Assembly: GCF_006345805.1 (NCBI RefSeq)
Contig: NC_043000.1
Coordinates: 146,444,001 to 146,508,000, forward strand
DNA length: 64,000 nucleotides
Source: Octopus sinensis
Lineage: Eukaryota
Reading direction: 5' to 3'
Part shown: in pieces, positions 11,437-25,429 of the stretch
Layout of the letters: each line of letters opens with the position of its first letter
Numbering within the stretch: position 1 is the first letter of the stretch
The notes under the pieces: generated by a model
Seen by the model: the letters and a program-made list of their open reading frames with translations, nothing else
Told to the model about the DNA's origin: nothing
Databases searched by the model: none
Position numbers and translations under genes: made by a program

Positions 11437-12012
11437 GGGATCCGGAAAAAATTCCTCTTCGACAAAATCCCTTCGCACTAATCACCCTAGGAAAAAAATC
11501 CTCTTAGTTAAAGTGAGAAAGTGGACAATAAACCCTAAGTTATATTTCCGGTTAATTTTTGTTTTGTTTTTCTGTTTTACTTGTTTCTGTCATTTGACTG
11601 CGGCCATACTGGGGCACTGCCTTGAAAAATTTTTAGTCGAGTGCATCGACCGCAGAAAAATCAGCATTTTAAGTTTTATATTCCGCCACCCACCCATCCC
11701 ACACACACATACATATACACGCCATTTTTTCATTTTTCATTTTTTTCTGAAAATTTTGAGGGTATTCCACGTACATTCGGAGATTATGAATCTGAAAACT
11801 ACTTTTCTCTAAAATTTCAGATAGCCATCTCCTACCATGCCCCTATCTACACCAATCTTCCTGATGTTTTTAAACTCGTTCACAATCAACCCACTCAGTA
11901 TTATTTTTTTCTGTTATCGCAAACTTTCGGGTTTGAATATTCGCTACAAAAAATGTATTGTCATTCTTCGCAAAAAGATAATAAATATAATAATAATAAT
12001 ATAATAATAATA

Positions 12013-12056
<44 letters not shown>

Positions 12057-12164
12057 TAATAATAATAACAATAACAATAATAATAATAATAATAATAATA
12101 ATATAATAATAATAATGATGATGATGATGATGATAATAACAACAACAACAACAACAACAACAAC

Positions 12165-12216
<52 letters not shown>

Positions 12217-13374
12217 GTCATAATTCATTGAGGACTTTTCCAGGCACAAATTAACTGAAGCTAGGATTAAAAATCGAATTTACATTTTTATTAATTGTGA
12301 AACAAATTTAAAGTCTTTTGTTTTCTTCTCTCTGCACTTGGTTATTAATGAAAATGAATTGACCTGTTGATCTTCCCCCGGTCGTTGAAGGTTTAACAGA
12401 ATCATGGCACCGCTCTGTCCGAAGGGCAAACGTTCAAATATACCTCTGATCGTTTCTATCTTTCTACATTCCTTTTATTCTGTCTTTCACTTCTATTTAG
12501 ACATGATACTGTCTGATGACGACAATGGTGGTGATGTTAGTGGTGATGATGTTGGTGATGATAGTGGTAGTTGCAGTGATGATGGTGAATGTTTTTGACT
12601 TGTAAAACACATATCTTGAAGTAAATGCTTTCCCTTTTGCTAGAAATCAGAAAATATGTACATTAAGTAGTAAAAACCCTTGTGTTCTGTTATTTTATTC
12701 TATTTATTCATTTTCGATTGAATATATGTTTCTTTATTTAAAAATTGGAATTTTGGAAAATAAAAGTCTTTTTACAACAGCGATTTCCGTTTTGTGTAAA
12801 AAGTAAATTCAAGAGATTTGGCTGTTATTTCTAGCATCTGGATGCACCTTCAAGGCTTAACTTCGTGCACTGGTTGAAAATCACCTACGCCTGAACGAGT
12901 TTAAAATCATCTGGAATATTAGTGGTGGTGTGCGCAATGTGGGAGTGGGGGTGTCAATTTTTTTAAAAAATTAAATTCCATAAAAGGAAAATTTTCAGAA
13001 CATCGTAATTTTTGTATTTTGCTACGCGGAATCAATCCCACTCAAAAAAAAAAAAAAAAAGAAAGTCGCAAAAAAGTGAAAAACGAAAAAATTAGGTTGG
13101 TGTGGGGGCGGAGATTTAAATTTTGAAATGGCGATTGGGAATCTTTGTTGCCGAAAACATCTGAAGCTGTAAAAAAAAATTCTGGGGACGATAAAGTCGG
13201 CTAAAAATTCTTCAACGCGGTGCCCCAGCATGGCTGCAGTAATAATGACTGAAACAACTAAAAAGGTAAAAAGAAAAATAATCAAAAAATGTAACCGAGG
13301 GGTTTTATACGCTTTCGCACTAAGGGGGTTTGTCCGACTGTGTTTTGTTCTAGTGGACTTTTGTCCTACACTCC
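11437..13374. mobile_element. Foldback/MITE-like DNA element, copy A, nested inside an old family-1 SINE
   Basis: Termini carry repeated GGACAAAA/CCC sub-motifs in inverted orientation, and the long arms are diverged inverted repeats. SINE 5' half at ~11270-11430 resumes at ~13375-13562. Confidence 0.7.
11985..12218 (+). repeat. (AAT)n/(GAT)n/(AAC)n compound microsatellite
   Basis: Direct reading. Confidence 0.95.
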
Positions 13375-13949
13375 TATATATGTGTCTATTAATGTTTGTG
13401 TTTTCTGCCACTACCGCTTGACAACCGGTGTTGGTTTGTTCACGTTCAGCAGAAAAGAGTGGTAGAATATGCCAGGATTAAAAATAAATACTGTTTGTTC
13501 AGCTAAAACCCTTAAAAGTGCTTTAGCATGGCTGCAGTCCAATGACTGAAACAAATAAAAGATGTATATGCGTAGTTGTATGTATTATAAGCAAAGTATA
13601 TAATCCAAGGCCTGAGATTGACCCCCAGTGCTCGATACCGAAAGGATAAAAAACAAAGTGGACCCTCGGTGGTATTTCAGCTCAGAAAGTAAAGACAGAA
13701 GAAAAGCCGCTAAGCGATAGGTTCCGTCTGCTGAGGATCCTGCCAGTTCGCTGCCTAAAGCGAAATAAATAATAAATAAAATCTACTTTCCACCAGTAGT
13801 TTTCAACCATTTCTCTTTTTTTTTTGCCTATGGACCCCTTGAATTCCTATTTTATTCAGAGGTTGGGACCCCCAGAGCCATTCGATTTCCAAAACTCCTA
13901 TTATATTTTTATGACTAAATATTATTAGGAATTGTATAGAAAATAATTT

Positions 13950-14345
13950 TGTGGCTGTGTGGTAAGAAGCTTGCTTCCCATCCACATGGTTTTGAGTTCA
14001 GTTCCACAGTGCGGAACTTCGAACAAGTGTTTTCTACTATAGCTTTGGGCCGACCGCAGCCTTGTGAGTGGATCTGGTAGACGTAAACTGAAAGAAGCCC
14101 GTCGTATATATATATGTGTGTGTGTGTGTGTCTTTTTTTCCCCACCACTGTTTGACAACCGGTGTTGGTGTGTTTACATCCCTGTAATCTAGCGGTTCGG
14201 CCGATGTATTAGGCTTTAAAAAAATAAGTATCAGGCGTAAAGAAAAATAAGTACTGAGGTCGATTCATTCGACTAACAATTTCTTCAAGGTGGTGCCCCA
14301 GAATGGCAACAGTCTATTCACTGAAACAAATAAAGGTAAAAGAAG
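13950..14345 (+). mobile_element. SINE family 1 (diverged)
   Basis: GTGGCTGTGTGGTAAGAAGCTTGC head through ...CTGAAACAAATAAAGG tail. Confidence 0.85.
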
Positions 14346-14897
14346 ACAAAGGAAATATTTTGTGTATTATGGAAATATTTCCAGTCTATGGAACCCTGTT
14401 AAGAACCATTGCTTCACACAAGCGAACTTCTTTTATTTGTTTTCACCAAATTCAGCCAACCTTAGCAATGACCCTCCTGCGTGTTAAGTACTTCTATTTC
14501 CTGTTTTCGATTCAAAAGAATTTAGTATAATAATTATTTCTGAAGACTTCAAAGAAATTCCTGTCAACACCATCAAGGCTCGTTTAAACAAAGCTGGTCA
14601 TCAACATACATACAAACAATTACACACATACACAATCACACACATACGCTATCTCTCATTCTCTTTCTCTCAGCTTGTCTCTCATTATCTCTCTTGCTCT
14701 CTGTTTTAATGTCTCTATTTCCTTCTCTCTCTCTCTCTCAGACACACACCCGTACACATACTCATATGGCGTTATACACAGGTGGTACGTAAGCAAAACA
14801 AAGGTAAATTTATTCCTTGTTGTAGAAAGTTTTCAGAAAATGTCAGCATTGAGAAGCTGCTCAATGAAGGTGGTAGCAAGCGAAAAATAAGGAACAA

Positions 14898-15129
14898 AGA
14901 AATACCTATTTCTTTACTACCTACAAGGGGCCAAACACAGAGAGGACAAACAAGGACAGACAAACGGATTAATTGATTATATCGACCCCAGTGTGTAACT
15001 GGTACTGATTTAATGGAGCCCGAAAGGATGAAAGGCAAAGTCGACCTCGGTGGAATTTGAACTCAGAACGTAGTGGCAGACGAAATACTGCTAAGCATTT
15101 CGCCCGGCGTGCTAACGATTCTGCCACCT
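14898..15129 (-). mobile_element. SINE family 2 monomer
   Basis: Matches family consensus seen at 51937-52176. Confidence 0.9.
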
Positions 15130-15428
15130 ACACAGTATTCATTTTTACAGCAAAGTTAGAGGCGACTGTAGTACCAGCATGTCGCCTCTGCTCTTGTGTC
15201 CCTTATATAGACATATAAATATCTTTTCTCTTTTACTTGTTTCACTCATTTGACAGCGGCTTTGCTGCTTTGATGATTTAAGTCGAACAAATCGACAAAA
15301 GTACTAATTTCATTTAAGTCCGTTTCCTATTCTGCTGATTTCCTTTTCCGAACCGATTTGTTACGATGACGTTAAAGAAACTAACACCAGATGCCAGGTG
15401 GACTAAATGACGGACTAAATATTTATAT

Positions 15429-15995
15429 AATTGCAGCGTAGAAGGTGTTTATAAGCTATTTAAGAAACACACAAAAACCGTTAGATTCACTTCAACATTT
15501 AAATTTAACTAGCAGTATCGCCCGGCGTTGCTCGGGTTTGTAAGGGAAATAACTATATAAGCATTTTTAGAGGGTTATAGCCAAAAAATAGCAAAAAAAT
15601 GCATTAAAAATGGAAACAAAATGATGGTAATTTTTTTTTAAATCGTTGACTCATCGTAGACATTTTTAGAGAGTTACTTCCCTTATATAATAGCGAATAA
15701 ATGCATTAAAATGGAAAAAGTGATGGTAATTTTTTTTTTAAATCGTAGACTCATCGTAGACGCACGCTAGTACCCAGAAGGGCTCGATATGAATCACGAC
15801 TATAAGATACCCGGTTTTGGTTAAACTGCACCGCAAAATGTGGGAGTAGTTAGGAATCTAAATCGTAGGAGACAGACACACAACTTGACTTTTATATATA
15901 AAGATTTGCCAAAATATTTTCGTCGCTTTGAGACCGCGACCTGTTCATTGAGAAAATTCCGTGCTGCATCTGAGAAAGTAACAGTTAGTTCATGA
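15429..15995 (-). mobile_element. Family D hammerhead-bearing repeat, split by a Helitron
   Basis: 15429-15508 and 15905-15970 together align to the reverse complement of 60664-60809. Confidence 0.75.
15509..15904 (-). mobile_element. Non-autonomous Helitron, copy 4 (complete, 396 bp)
   Basis: Minus: A|TCTTTATATATAAAA...hairpin...CTAG|T; no target-site duplication. Confidence 0.92.
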
Positions 15996-16099
15996 TATAT
16001 ATGTACGTATGTATGTATGTATGTATGTATGTATGTATGTATGTATGTATGTATGTATGTATGTATGTATGTATGTATGTATTTATGTATATATATATA

Positions 16100-16202
16100 T
16101 TGGCCTGCTCGCTTAGCCAGCGGGGTGGCGTCATTCGAAGGCTAAAACAATGCGAACGCATTGTAACCAGCGATGTGTAACTACATCTGATGGACTGGTC
16201 GG
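16100..16202 (+). mobile_element. SINE family 4, tail-only fragment
   Basis: TTGGCCTGCTCGCTTAGCCAGCGGGGTGGCGTCATTCG... matches the tails at 48378, 53028 and 59558. Confidence 0.85.
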
Positions 16203-16567
16203 AATTTATGTATATACGTATGTGTGTGTAGGCGTATCTGTGTGTGTGTACATGTGTATGTACATGTGAACGTATGTTTATGTACTGATATGTGTCTGTT
16301 CAAATTGTATACATGACTGTTATTTTGTTGAAGGTTGTATACACACACGTAGACATACATATGCATATACATTTATATAAACACGGAGAGAAATATTTAT
16401 TGATGTTGATATATATGTATGTATATGTATATGTATAAATATAATACGTATGTATATATGTATATATGTCTGTATGTATATATGTATGTATGTTTGTATA
16501 TATGAATGTATGTATGTATGTATGTATGAATGTATGTGTGTATGTATGTATGAATGCATTCATGTAA

Positions 16568-16813
16568 GGAGTGTAAGACAAAACCGTCTCGGACAAAATC
16601 CCTTCGGACAACCCCTCTCCAAGTTAACCCCCTAGGTTATATTTTCGGCGGAGGTGTACAATAAGCATCTCACCCTAATTTTTCTTCTTTACTACAGAAT
16701 TCGAAGTTTTCGGCAACGGAGATTCCGTTTCTGACAAAAAGTCAGAGGGTTATTTTTCCCTAAAATTCAATTTTGATCATGACGATGACGGTGATAAATG
16801 GTGCTGAGTTTAG

Positions 16814-16868
<55 letters not shown>

Positions 16869-16884
16869 GGTGGTGGTGGTGGTA

Positions 16885-16916
<32 letters not shown>

Positions 16917-17856
16917 GATGGTGGTGATGTTGGTGGTGGTGGCAGTGGCGTTGTTGAAGGTGGTGAAGGTAGTGCCGATGGTAGTGGTGACGATGACGTT
17001 GATGTTGATGACGTTGATGATGATGCTGATGATGACGACGACGATGATGATGATGATGATGATGATGATTATGATAGTGGTGGTGGTCAATGTTTTTGAC
17101 TTGTAAACCACATTTGAATTTAATGCCTTCCCTTTTTATGTTTGAATTCAGAAAATATGTACATTTGGTAGTAAAGTCTACTGTCTTCGGTTATTTTATT
17201 CCACATATTTATTTTCGATATTCTATATTTTTGTATATGCAAGAATTGGAGTTTAGGAAAATTGAAGTCTTTCGGCACCACGATTTACGTTGTTTGGTTA
17301 CGTATAATTGAAAAAAAATTTAAGAGATTTAGTTGATATTTCTAGCATGTACAGAGACCTTGAAGGCTTAACTGCATGTACTGGTTGAAAGTCATCTACG
17401 CATGTGCAAATGAGTTAACGCGTTTGAAAACTTTCGGAATATTAGTGTGGATTCGAGGCGGGTGGGAGGTGTGTCATTTTTTTTTCTTTATAATCGAAAT
17501 TTCAGAAAACTTTTTTTCAGAATCATAATCATAATGGCCGTATTTTTCTACAAAATTTTTTAAATAATTTTCGCACGAAAGGAAGAAAATCGCGTAGGGT
17601 TGAATTTAGATTATGAAAAAATGTCAATTTTTTTCTGGTCAGAGTCGGAATCTGCGTTAATGAAAACGTCGGAATCTGAAAGAAAAAAAAGAAAAGAAAA
17701 ATGGGGTGGAGTACTTTTTGTATACCTCCGCCCAAAATGTAACCAGGAGATTTTGTCCGATTTTGCACTTTAACTTAAGGGATCTTGTCAGAGTGATTTT
17801 GTCGCAGACGAATTAGTCCGGGGGGATTTTCTCCTAGGAGGTTTTGTCCTGATCCC
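16568..17856. mobile_element. Foldback/MITE-like DNA element, copy B
   Basis: Left end GGAGTGTAAGACAAAA, right end TTTTGTCCTGATCCC, arms inverted. Internal 17088-17520 is homologous to 12588-13010; contains a (GAT/GGT)n tract at 16812-17087. Confidence 0.7.
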
Positions 17857-18559
17857 GTAAGTATGTATGCATGCATGTATGCATGTGTGTATGTATGTAT
17901 GCATGTATGCATGCTCTCGCACGTCTATGTCCGTAGGCACGGTCGCGTGCCTTTTTCTCCTTCCCTTGATATTGCACGACATTAAACAAGTTGAGTGATT
18001 CTTTTATATAATTAGATATTTTGTGCGTTAGTGTATGTATATGTAAATATATAATTCTAAAGTGTCTGTGTAAACAGGTTTGTGTATACGTTTCAGACAC
18101 ACGAGATATGTGGTCAAAACAGACGAAATATATCAACATTTTGAGAATATCTTTTTTTTTGTGCCTCTTGATATTGTCTCGGAAGGGCTTAAATGCCCCC
18201 ACATGTACATACTGTCGCTAACATAGTCGAAGTAAGGTCGATGATAAATTGCTAGGAACGGCTACAAAACGAAATACTTGGCAATGAGATCTTTGTTTTG
18301 TTTCTGTGTAGCGGCTTGTTTCCTAGATCGTTTTTGTTTAATTTTAGCGTTCCTAAGAATTATCAATGTGGACTGGCAAAAGTTGTTTATGGTTATCGCA
18401 GCTGGTATCTTTCATTTAGTCATTCGAATTTCACCGTTTCCGATCAACAGACTGGTTCGGAAACGTGAAATTTGAATCATTAGATTTGAGGTGACAGCTG
18501 CAGTAGCTACACGCACATACATACACAAACACACACACACACACACAGACACAGATATA

Positions 18560-18939
18560 TCTTTATATATAAAAGTGAAGTTGTGTGTCTGTCTCCTACG
18601 ATTTAGATTCCTAATTACTCCCACACTTTGCGGTGCAGTTTAACCAAAACCGGGTATCTTATAGTCGTGATTCATATCGAGCCCTTCTGGGTATTAGCGC
18701 GGGTCTACGATGAGTCTACGATTTAAAAAAAAAATTACCATCATTTTTTTCCATTTTAATGCATTTTTTCGCTATTATATAAGGGAAGTAACTCTCTAAA
18801 AATGTCTACGATGAGTCAACGATTTAAAAAAAAATTACCATTTTTAATGCATTTTTTTGGTATTTTTTGGCCATAACTCTCTAAAAATGCTTATATAGTT
18901 ATTTCCCTTACAAACCCGAGCAACGCCGGGCGATACTGC

Positions 18940-18942
<3 letters not shown>
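18560..18942 (+). mobile_element. Non-autonomous Helitron, copy 5 (complete)
   Basis: A|TCTTTATATATAAAAG...CCCGAGCAACGCCGGGCGATACTG-CTAA|T (fits CTRR). Confidence 0.9.
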
Positions 18943-19003
<61 letters not shown>

Positions 19004-22000
19004 GTATTTGTTTCTATATATAGAGAGATGCTTATATATATGAATATGTATGCATTGTGAGAGAGAGGATATTTATTTTACTATCTCTTAGTACTTAATG
19101 TATTTATATCTGAGGTCCGAAATTTTTAGTTTAATCAAATTCGTTATTTAATAATCCGATAACTCCTTTCAACTTGTGATTTTAAATTGTGACACTTTCT
19201 TGTCTGTTGTCATCCATTTATCGCGTGTTTTAGACAGTAATATAACAAGCTCTCGACTTCTAGTATCACCATTATCATGTGAAATTTTCCGCCACATAAT
19301 GTAAAAAAAAGATCCGCTGATGCCTTTAGAGCCGACAGCTGTTTAAGTATTTCGCCATTTTATATCGATAATGAAGGATATAAATCCATAAATTAGCAAT
19401 TATTCTCTACAGAAATTTCCTCTCTGACGCATTGACACTGAAAATGACTCAGCAGAAGAGTCAAATCAGCGAGACACGTACAATTGCTGTTATTTTAGAA
19501 TGTAATGTCGTAACAAGGGCATGTTAACAATGAGTATATAATTTTGTTTTACTTTTCACTTACATGATATATTGATGTAGCTTGTACAAAAGAATGTAAA
19601 TGTTATTACCAAGCATTAGGCTACTGTAGGCATACTAGTCTAATCTTTAGAGTAATCGTACAAATCGTTCCACAATCTGTTTGTTAGATAGTATTATGTG
19701 CATGACTAATACATCTTATTTATGACTTTTTCATAGTATGCAGTAATTCTGAAAATTGCGATGATACTTGTCTGTAAATCTTTAGTTAGTTTCATTCGGT
19801 AGTCGGTATGGTATTAGTAAAAAACATGATTCACAAATCATATTCTCATTTAAATATTACTTAGAAATAGAATAGAATAAATATAAGTATAACCGTATTA
19901 TTTATTATTTGTTAATGTACATAGATACCAAAAAAAATAGTTCATATTTGAAACTGAATGTATGCAATAATCTTTTTAAACTTTTGTTTATAAATGTTTT
20001 TTGCATTAAAATAATTTCTCTTTTAGATCCCTTGCTGTTCACCGAATAAAAAGGCATCTTTGTAATTGAAAAACGAAAGTAACTTTCCATTATAATCCAT
20101 TTTATGAAGTAGTATTAAGACTTGATTAAAATGAATATTTTAAATCAGGTTTATTCTCACTGGAATGACCACGAAGGAGGCAGTTATTGGTATTTTCTGT
20201 TATAACAATCGAACTTTCATTCGCAACAAATGCAACATACTTCGAAATAATATGCATATAGAAAAGAAAGAGAAAAAAAAACTATTTGACGAAAATTCAG
20301 AAGAAATATCCTACAGAGTAAACATAGGGTTTTAAAAGTTTAAATGAAAGCATACAATTAAGAAAAGAAACAGGAAAGATAAAATATTTTATAAGGGCGT
20401 AAATTCGAAAAAATTAATGGTTGTATTCATTCATTTTAAAATTCTTCTTTTTATGTTCATATTGAATAAAGATATCAATCTCAGGGGGAAGCGCTTACGA
20501 AGTTTCTATATTATATTGCATAGAATTATTGTCATCGAATATAATTTAGTCTTGAGTTTTAGACAAGATTACAGTGAATTACATTTTCATTCTTCCCACG
20601 ATTGAATGGATATGTTATTCTTATTTCGGTTTACATGTAACTTCACAATATATATCGTCAGTTACATTGTAGTGTGTACTTTATTAAAAGATCTTAACTA
20701 TACTGACACTTAACTGTACTTACCAAAACTTTTACAAAAGAGAAGCAAGGAAGTAATTTAAAATTGCACTGGAAACTTCAAAACATTATTTCCCCGCTTA
20801 TTATCTTTAATGTACAAGTAACTATATTGCAGTTTAGTATATATTACCGTAACTATTTCTACCAATAACAATTTCCTGATACCATTCATGATCAACGCTG
20901 TTCTTGTTTCTATCGCCTGATACATCTCTTTCTACGTCACGAAAACTTTCTAAATTATGTTATGAATATCTAAATCCATTATATTCTCTAATTCACAGCT
21001 ATTTTGATTAGCGTATCAGCAAACCGAACTGTAGAAATTTATTTGTTACATAAATTGGAGTTTTTTTGTTTTTTGGGGGTTTTTTTTCTGTATTATAAAG
21101 ATTTATATAGTTCATTGACATTTTCTCGATTATTACTGGTATAGCAAAAGTTACAGAGAAAAGGTACCAGATATTCTTAGGTGGACGGAAACAAATATTA
21201 TAGTAAATTTATTTCCATTTTTAGCATCCTTCGCAGTCCACCATGATGTAAACTTTTAAAATGAGAAATAATAGTTTCTTTAATCTTTTAGTCTCCGATT
21301 TAGTTGTATTTTGAGAGGTTACCTTATTTACCATAATGGCTTTCTATTCAGTCTCACTTTAACTTTAGTTATTTAAAGGTTTATTAGGGACATACACAAG
21401 TCTATCGCATAATGTAACAGATTTTGGACAGAAATACAACTATACATAAATGTTTTTGCTTTGAATATTAAATGTGCAGAATTTCTATTGTTATCATCAA
21501 ATAAAAATCAGTGTTCAATTATGTACAACACTAGTTATCCCAAATTTACGAGTCATATTGTATCACAAAAAAACATAATAGATGCTTCCTAATCCGCATG
21601 ACAGGCAATCGTGACCGATCATTAACAAGTGTGTTTTTCTTCAAATGTAAAAAAAAAGAACATACACGCAGTTTCCTTTCTCTTTATAAATTTTCCTTTC
21701 TCTTTATAAATTCTCCTTTGTAACAAAATCTCCCCCCAAATATCATATACACACACACACAGACAGACGCACATGCAAGCGCATACATATATAAAGTGTG
21801 CTGACAGATACACACATAGACACCACACGCATATCCAAATGTGTGTCTGTATGAGTATACAGTGCATATGTCATGTATGTGCATATGTATATGCTTGCAT
21901 GTGTATTCTGTGTATATATGCGTGTAGATGCGAACGCATTGTTCATCCATATGCGTGTGCATGTATATGAGTGTATGGGAGTGTTCTGTAAGAGCTGAGC

Positions 22001-22291
22001 TTGGGTTAAACAACCACAACACACACGTATCATCCAAACGCTTACACACATATAGCCATCATGCCTACCACTCCACAGTTTTGTCCCTTTATTAACAATG
22101 TTTACATTACTTTTAGATTTGCCTTTCATAATGATTGAAAGTTATAAAACTTCAGGGAGGTTTGCTTGTCGTCTTTGTTAAGTCAAGCTACGACGAAATG
22201 GGTTTCGTGAATGTCCAAGTATGCAAAGTGTAGGCATAAGAGAAAGATTGAATGAATACATATGTGTGAACATGTATGTACTTATGTTATA

Positions 22292-22697
22292 TTCTTTTAC
22301 TCTTTTACTTGTTTCAGTCATTTGACTGCGGCCATGCTGGAGCACCGCCTTTAGTCGATCAAATCGACCCCGGGGCTTATTCTTTGTAAGCCCAGTACTT
22401 ATTCTATCGGTCTATTTTGCCGAACCGCTAAGTGACGGGGACGTAAACACACCAGCATCGGTTGTCAAGCAATGCTAGGGGGACAAACACAGACACACAA
22501 ACATAGACACATGCACACACATATATATACATATATACGACAGGCTTCTTTCAGTTTCCGTCTACCAAATCCACTCACAAGGCATTGGTCGGCCCGGGGC
22601 TATAGCAGAAGACACTTGCCCAAGATGCCACGCAGTGGGACTGAACCCGGAACCATGTGGCTGGTTAGCAAGCTACTTACCACCACACAGCCACTCC
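22292..22697 (-). mobile_element. SINE family 1, near full length
   Basis: tRNA-like head, CORE-like GTGGCATCTTGGGCAAGTG, internal microsatellite, (TAAAAGAG)n tail. Confidence 0.9.
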
Positions 22698-24749
22698 TTT
22701 TCTTTAAATATTTGAATTCTTCTTCAAAGGAAAGGGCTGGTTTTGAGCAGAGAAATAAAAAGTTCCATTACTGAAGTAGTTTCAGATTTCGACACAAGGT
22801 AAGCAATTTTAGCGGGGAAGGATAGCCAATTACTTCGGCTACAGTGCTCAACTGGTGTTTATCCTATCGACTTCACAACAATGACAGGCAAAACGGACCA
22901 CGGTGACATACGAAATCAGGACCTAAACACTCGAAAGAATTGCTGTTAAACATTTTTGCTAGATGTAAAAACAATTCTGCCAGATTGCGACCTTCCATCG
23001 CTGGAAATGGATAACAAACGCGATAAATACTACATGCTTAAATTTAGAAGTCCTTTATAAATTTTACTAATCCGGTCATACATTATGCATCTAAAGTGCA
23101 TATTAACAGGTTACTTACATTGTTTGAAATACCTAGCATTTGAAGGTTTCCATTTGATTATTTACTAACATAACAGAATGTAACAGTAATTGTTTTTCAT
23201 AGAGATCTTCAAGTTACTTAATTATTAGTAATATCTCCAAGTTACTTTGTAACAAAGCTGCAAGCTTTCAATATCTGAATCAAATTAGTCCAGTAATTTT
23301 TTTAATGATAGTGAAAGTAAGGAAATTTGTGCATCCGTATAAAGGCTGTGGATTACAGTTTAGCTTACGAACATATTCATATGAGTTCATTTTTATGTAT
23401 TTGTATATGTGTGCCACGCGAAGACTTTATTGTGACATCTGTTTTCCTTTGTTTTCGGCTCGTAGATAATTGTCCATTTGTACTTGAATGTATGGATGGT
23501 TCTCTTTCGTAGAACAAATTTCTTAAACAAGCATTCAATATCCTCCTGCCATCAGATGAATTCAGATTCAAATCTCTTCTTTCTCTCGTGTTGCTTGTAG
23601 CAGTAATTCTTTATCTCCCTTCTTACGTTCTCAGTCACCCAGCGAAATTGCGAATTTAAATATAATCGTATATAACGAAGACACTCGTCGAAAATATATT
23701 TTTGTGGGTGTATAATTTGTTTACAACAAAATTGTTCGTATAAAATGATTGCTCCAGACTACATTCTATCATTTTTTTCAAAATTTCGATTATATCGTAC
23801 ATTTGTATTCCTTTGTGTGTGTGTGTGTGTGTGTATGTGTGTGTGTGTGTGTGAGCGCGTGCGCGTATGTATGTGTGCGTGTGTGTGTGTGTGTTTTATA
23901 TTTGTGCTCGTGTGTGTGTATGTGAATGTAAGAATGAATGAATAAGATTTAAATTCATGTTTTTGCTAGCTGATAAAAAAGTAGAGAAGAGCAAAAAAGA
24001 AGAAATATTGCTGTGAACAACACCACACGCTAAACAGATGAGATTTCAACGTGACTTATTCCATTGACGGAAGATTCGAATAGACATAATTTGTTTAGAA
24101 TAAACTGTTCATTACTAAATGTTGCATCAGACGTCTTTCGACTGTTTTATTCAAAATTTCAATTACAAGGCATTTATATATAAATCTCTACTTTTAAAAG
24201 AAAACATTTAAATTCATGCTTTTTCCAGGCGTTAGAGAATGTCAGACAGGCGAAGAACAATTACTGTTGCAAACAACACCATAGTAGAAGAACTGGATAT
24301 CAATGTGGTCTGGTATATTGAGTGAATGTGTCGAATACACAGTACGACACTAGATACAATGGCTAAGAAATTCTCTCTCTGAATACGAACCATTAATCAT
24401 TCAATGAGCTCATGGATTATCTGCTAACTGAAAGTTGACGGGAATATTTTAGTATTCGAGTGAATGCAATAAAGTTGGCATCAGACATCTTTATACTACT
24501 TTATTCAAGATATATATATATATGTATATATATAGGCGCGCGCGCGCGTGTGTGATTGCGTGTCTGTGTGTATGTTCAAGATATAAATACGTGTGTGTGT
24601 GCGTGTGTGCGTGTATGTGTGTATGTGTGTGCACGCACGAGTTAATGGGTAGAGCAAAACAACGTATTAATGCAGGTTTCTCACTTGAGGCGCAAAAATA
24701 AATAGCAGCAAGAGCGTCCAACCTACATTGAGGTATGAGCCCGTGATAC

Positions 24750-25085
24750 AGAGAAGAAGAAGAAGAAGAAGAAGAAGGAGGAGGAGGAGGAGGAGGAGGA
24801 GGAGAAGAAGAAGAAGAAGAAGAAGAAGAAGAAGAAGAAGGATCAAGACGAGGAGGACTAGGAGGAGGGGGAGAAAGAGGAGGAGGAGAAGAAGAAGAAG
24901 GAGGAGGAGGACTAGGAGGAGGGGGAGAAAGAAGAGGAGGAGAAGAAGAAGAAGAAGAAGGAAGAAGAAGAAGAAGAGAAGAAGAAGAAGACGAAGAAGA
25001 AGAAGAAGAAGAAGAAGACGAAGAAGAAGAAGAAGAAGAAGAAGAAGAAGAAGAAGAAGAAGAAGAAGAAGAAGAAGAAGAAGAG
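24750..25085 (+). repeat. (GAA)n/(GAG)n polypurine microsatellite
   Basis: Direct reading; ~335 bp almost pure purine on the plus strand. Confidence 0.95.
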
Positions 25086-25429
25086 GTAGTGGTGTGTCTT
25101 TCGAAGGACCCATGTCACCTTCGTCATCGTATTTGTTTTGGGAAGAATGATTCTATTCTCTGTTTCGGTTCAATTTCTGATGTTCACTCTGATTAGGGAA
25201 TCATCTTCCTCGTTTTGCCCTTGGCACTGCTTCTGCTGATACGGATAGCTTTTTCAGTTACTTCGTCAACGAAAAATGAAGTGGAGCTGTTGGTTACGAT
25301 TAGGTGAAGGGGAAATTGTTTGCTGTCTACTGTAATCATACACTAAAATTCTCGGTTTTCCGAGATTTAGGCAATGGTTCCTTTGGTTTGGAGAATCGAT
25401 ATGATATTGATTTGATTTGATAAAAACAG

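Noticed and set aside
16767-17111. Asp/Gly-rich and Met/Val-rich ORFs
   Set aside because: (GAT/GGT)n repeat inside a foldback element; open frames arise from low complexity.
19000-21600. Host exons in unique AT-rich stretches (also 32000-34200, 38000-39900, 40800-41470)
   Set aside because: No recognisable protein motif or convincing spliced frame by eye; small exons cannot be excluded without RNA-seq.
23945-24510. Diverged local duplication (TTTAAATTCATG...GCATCAGAC.TCTT twice)
   Set aside because: An old short tandem duplication with no structure suggesting function.
24667-25150. Poly-Arg 'protamine-like' and poly-Leu ORFs
   Set aside because: Translations of a (GAA/GAG)n microsatellite; no independent coding evidence.
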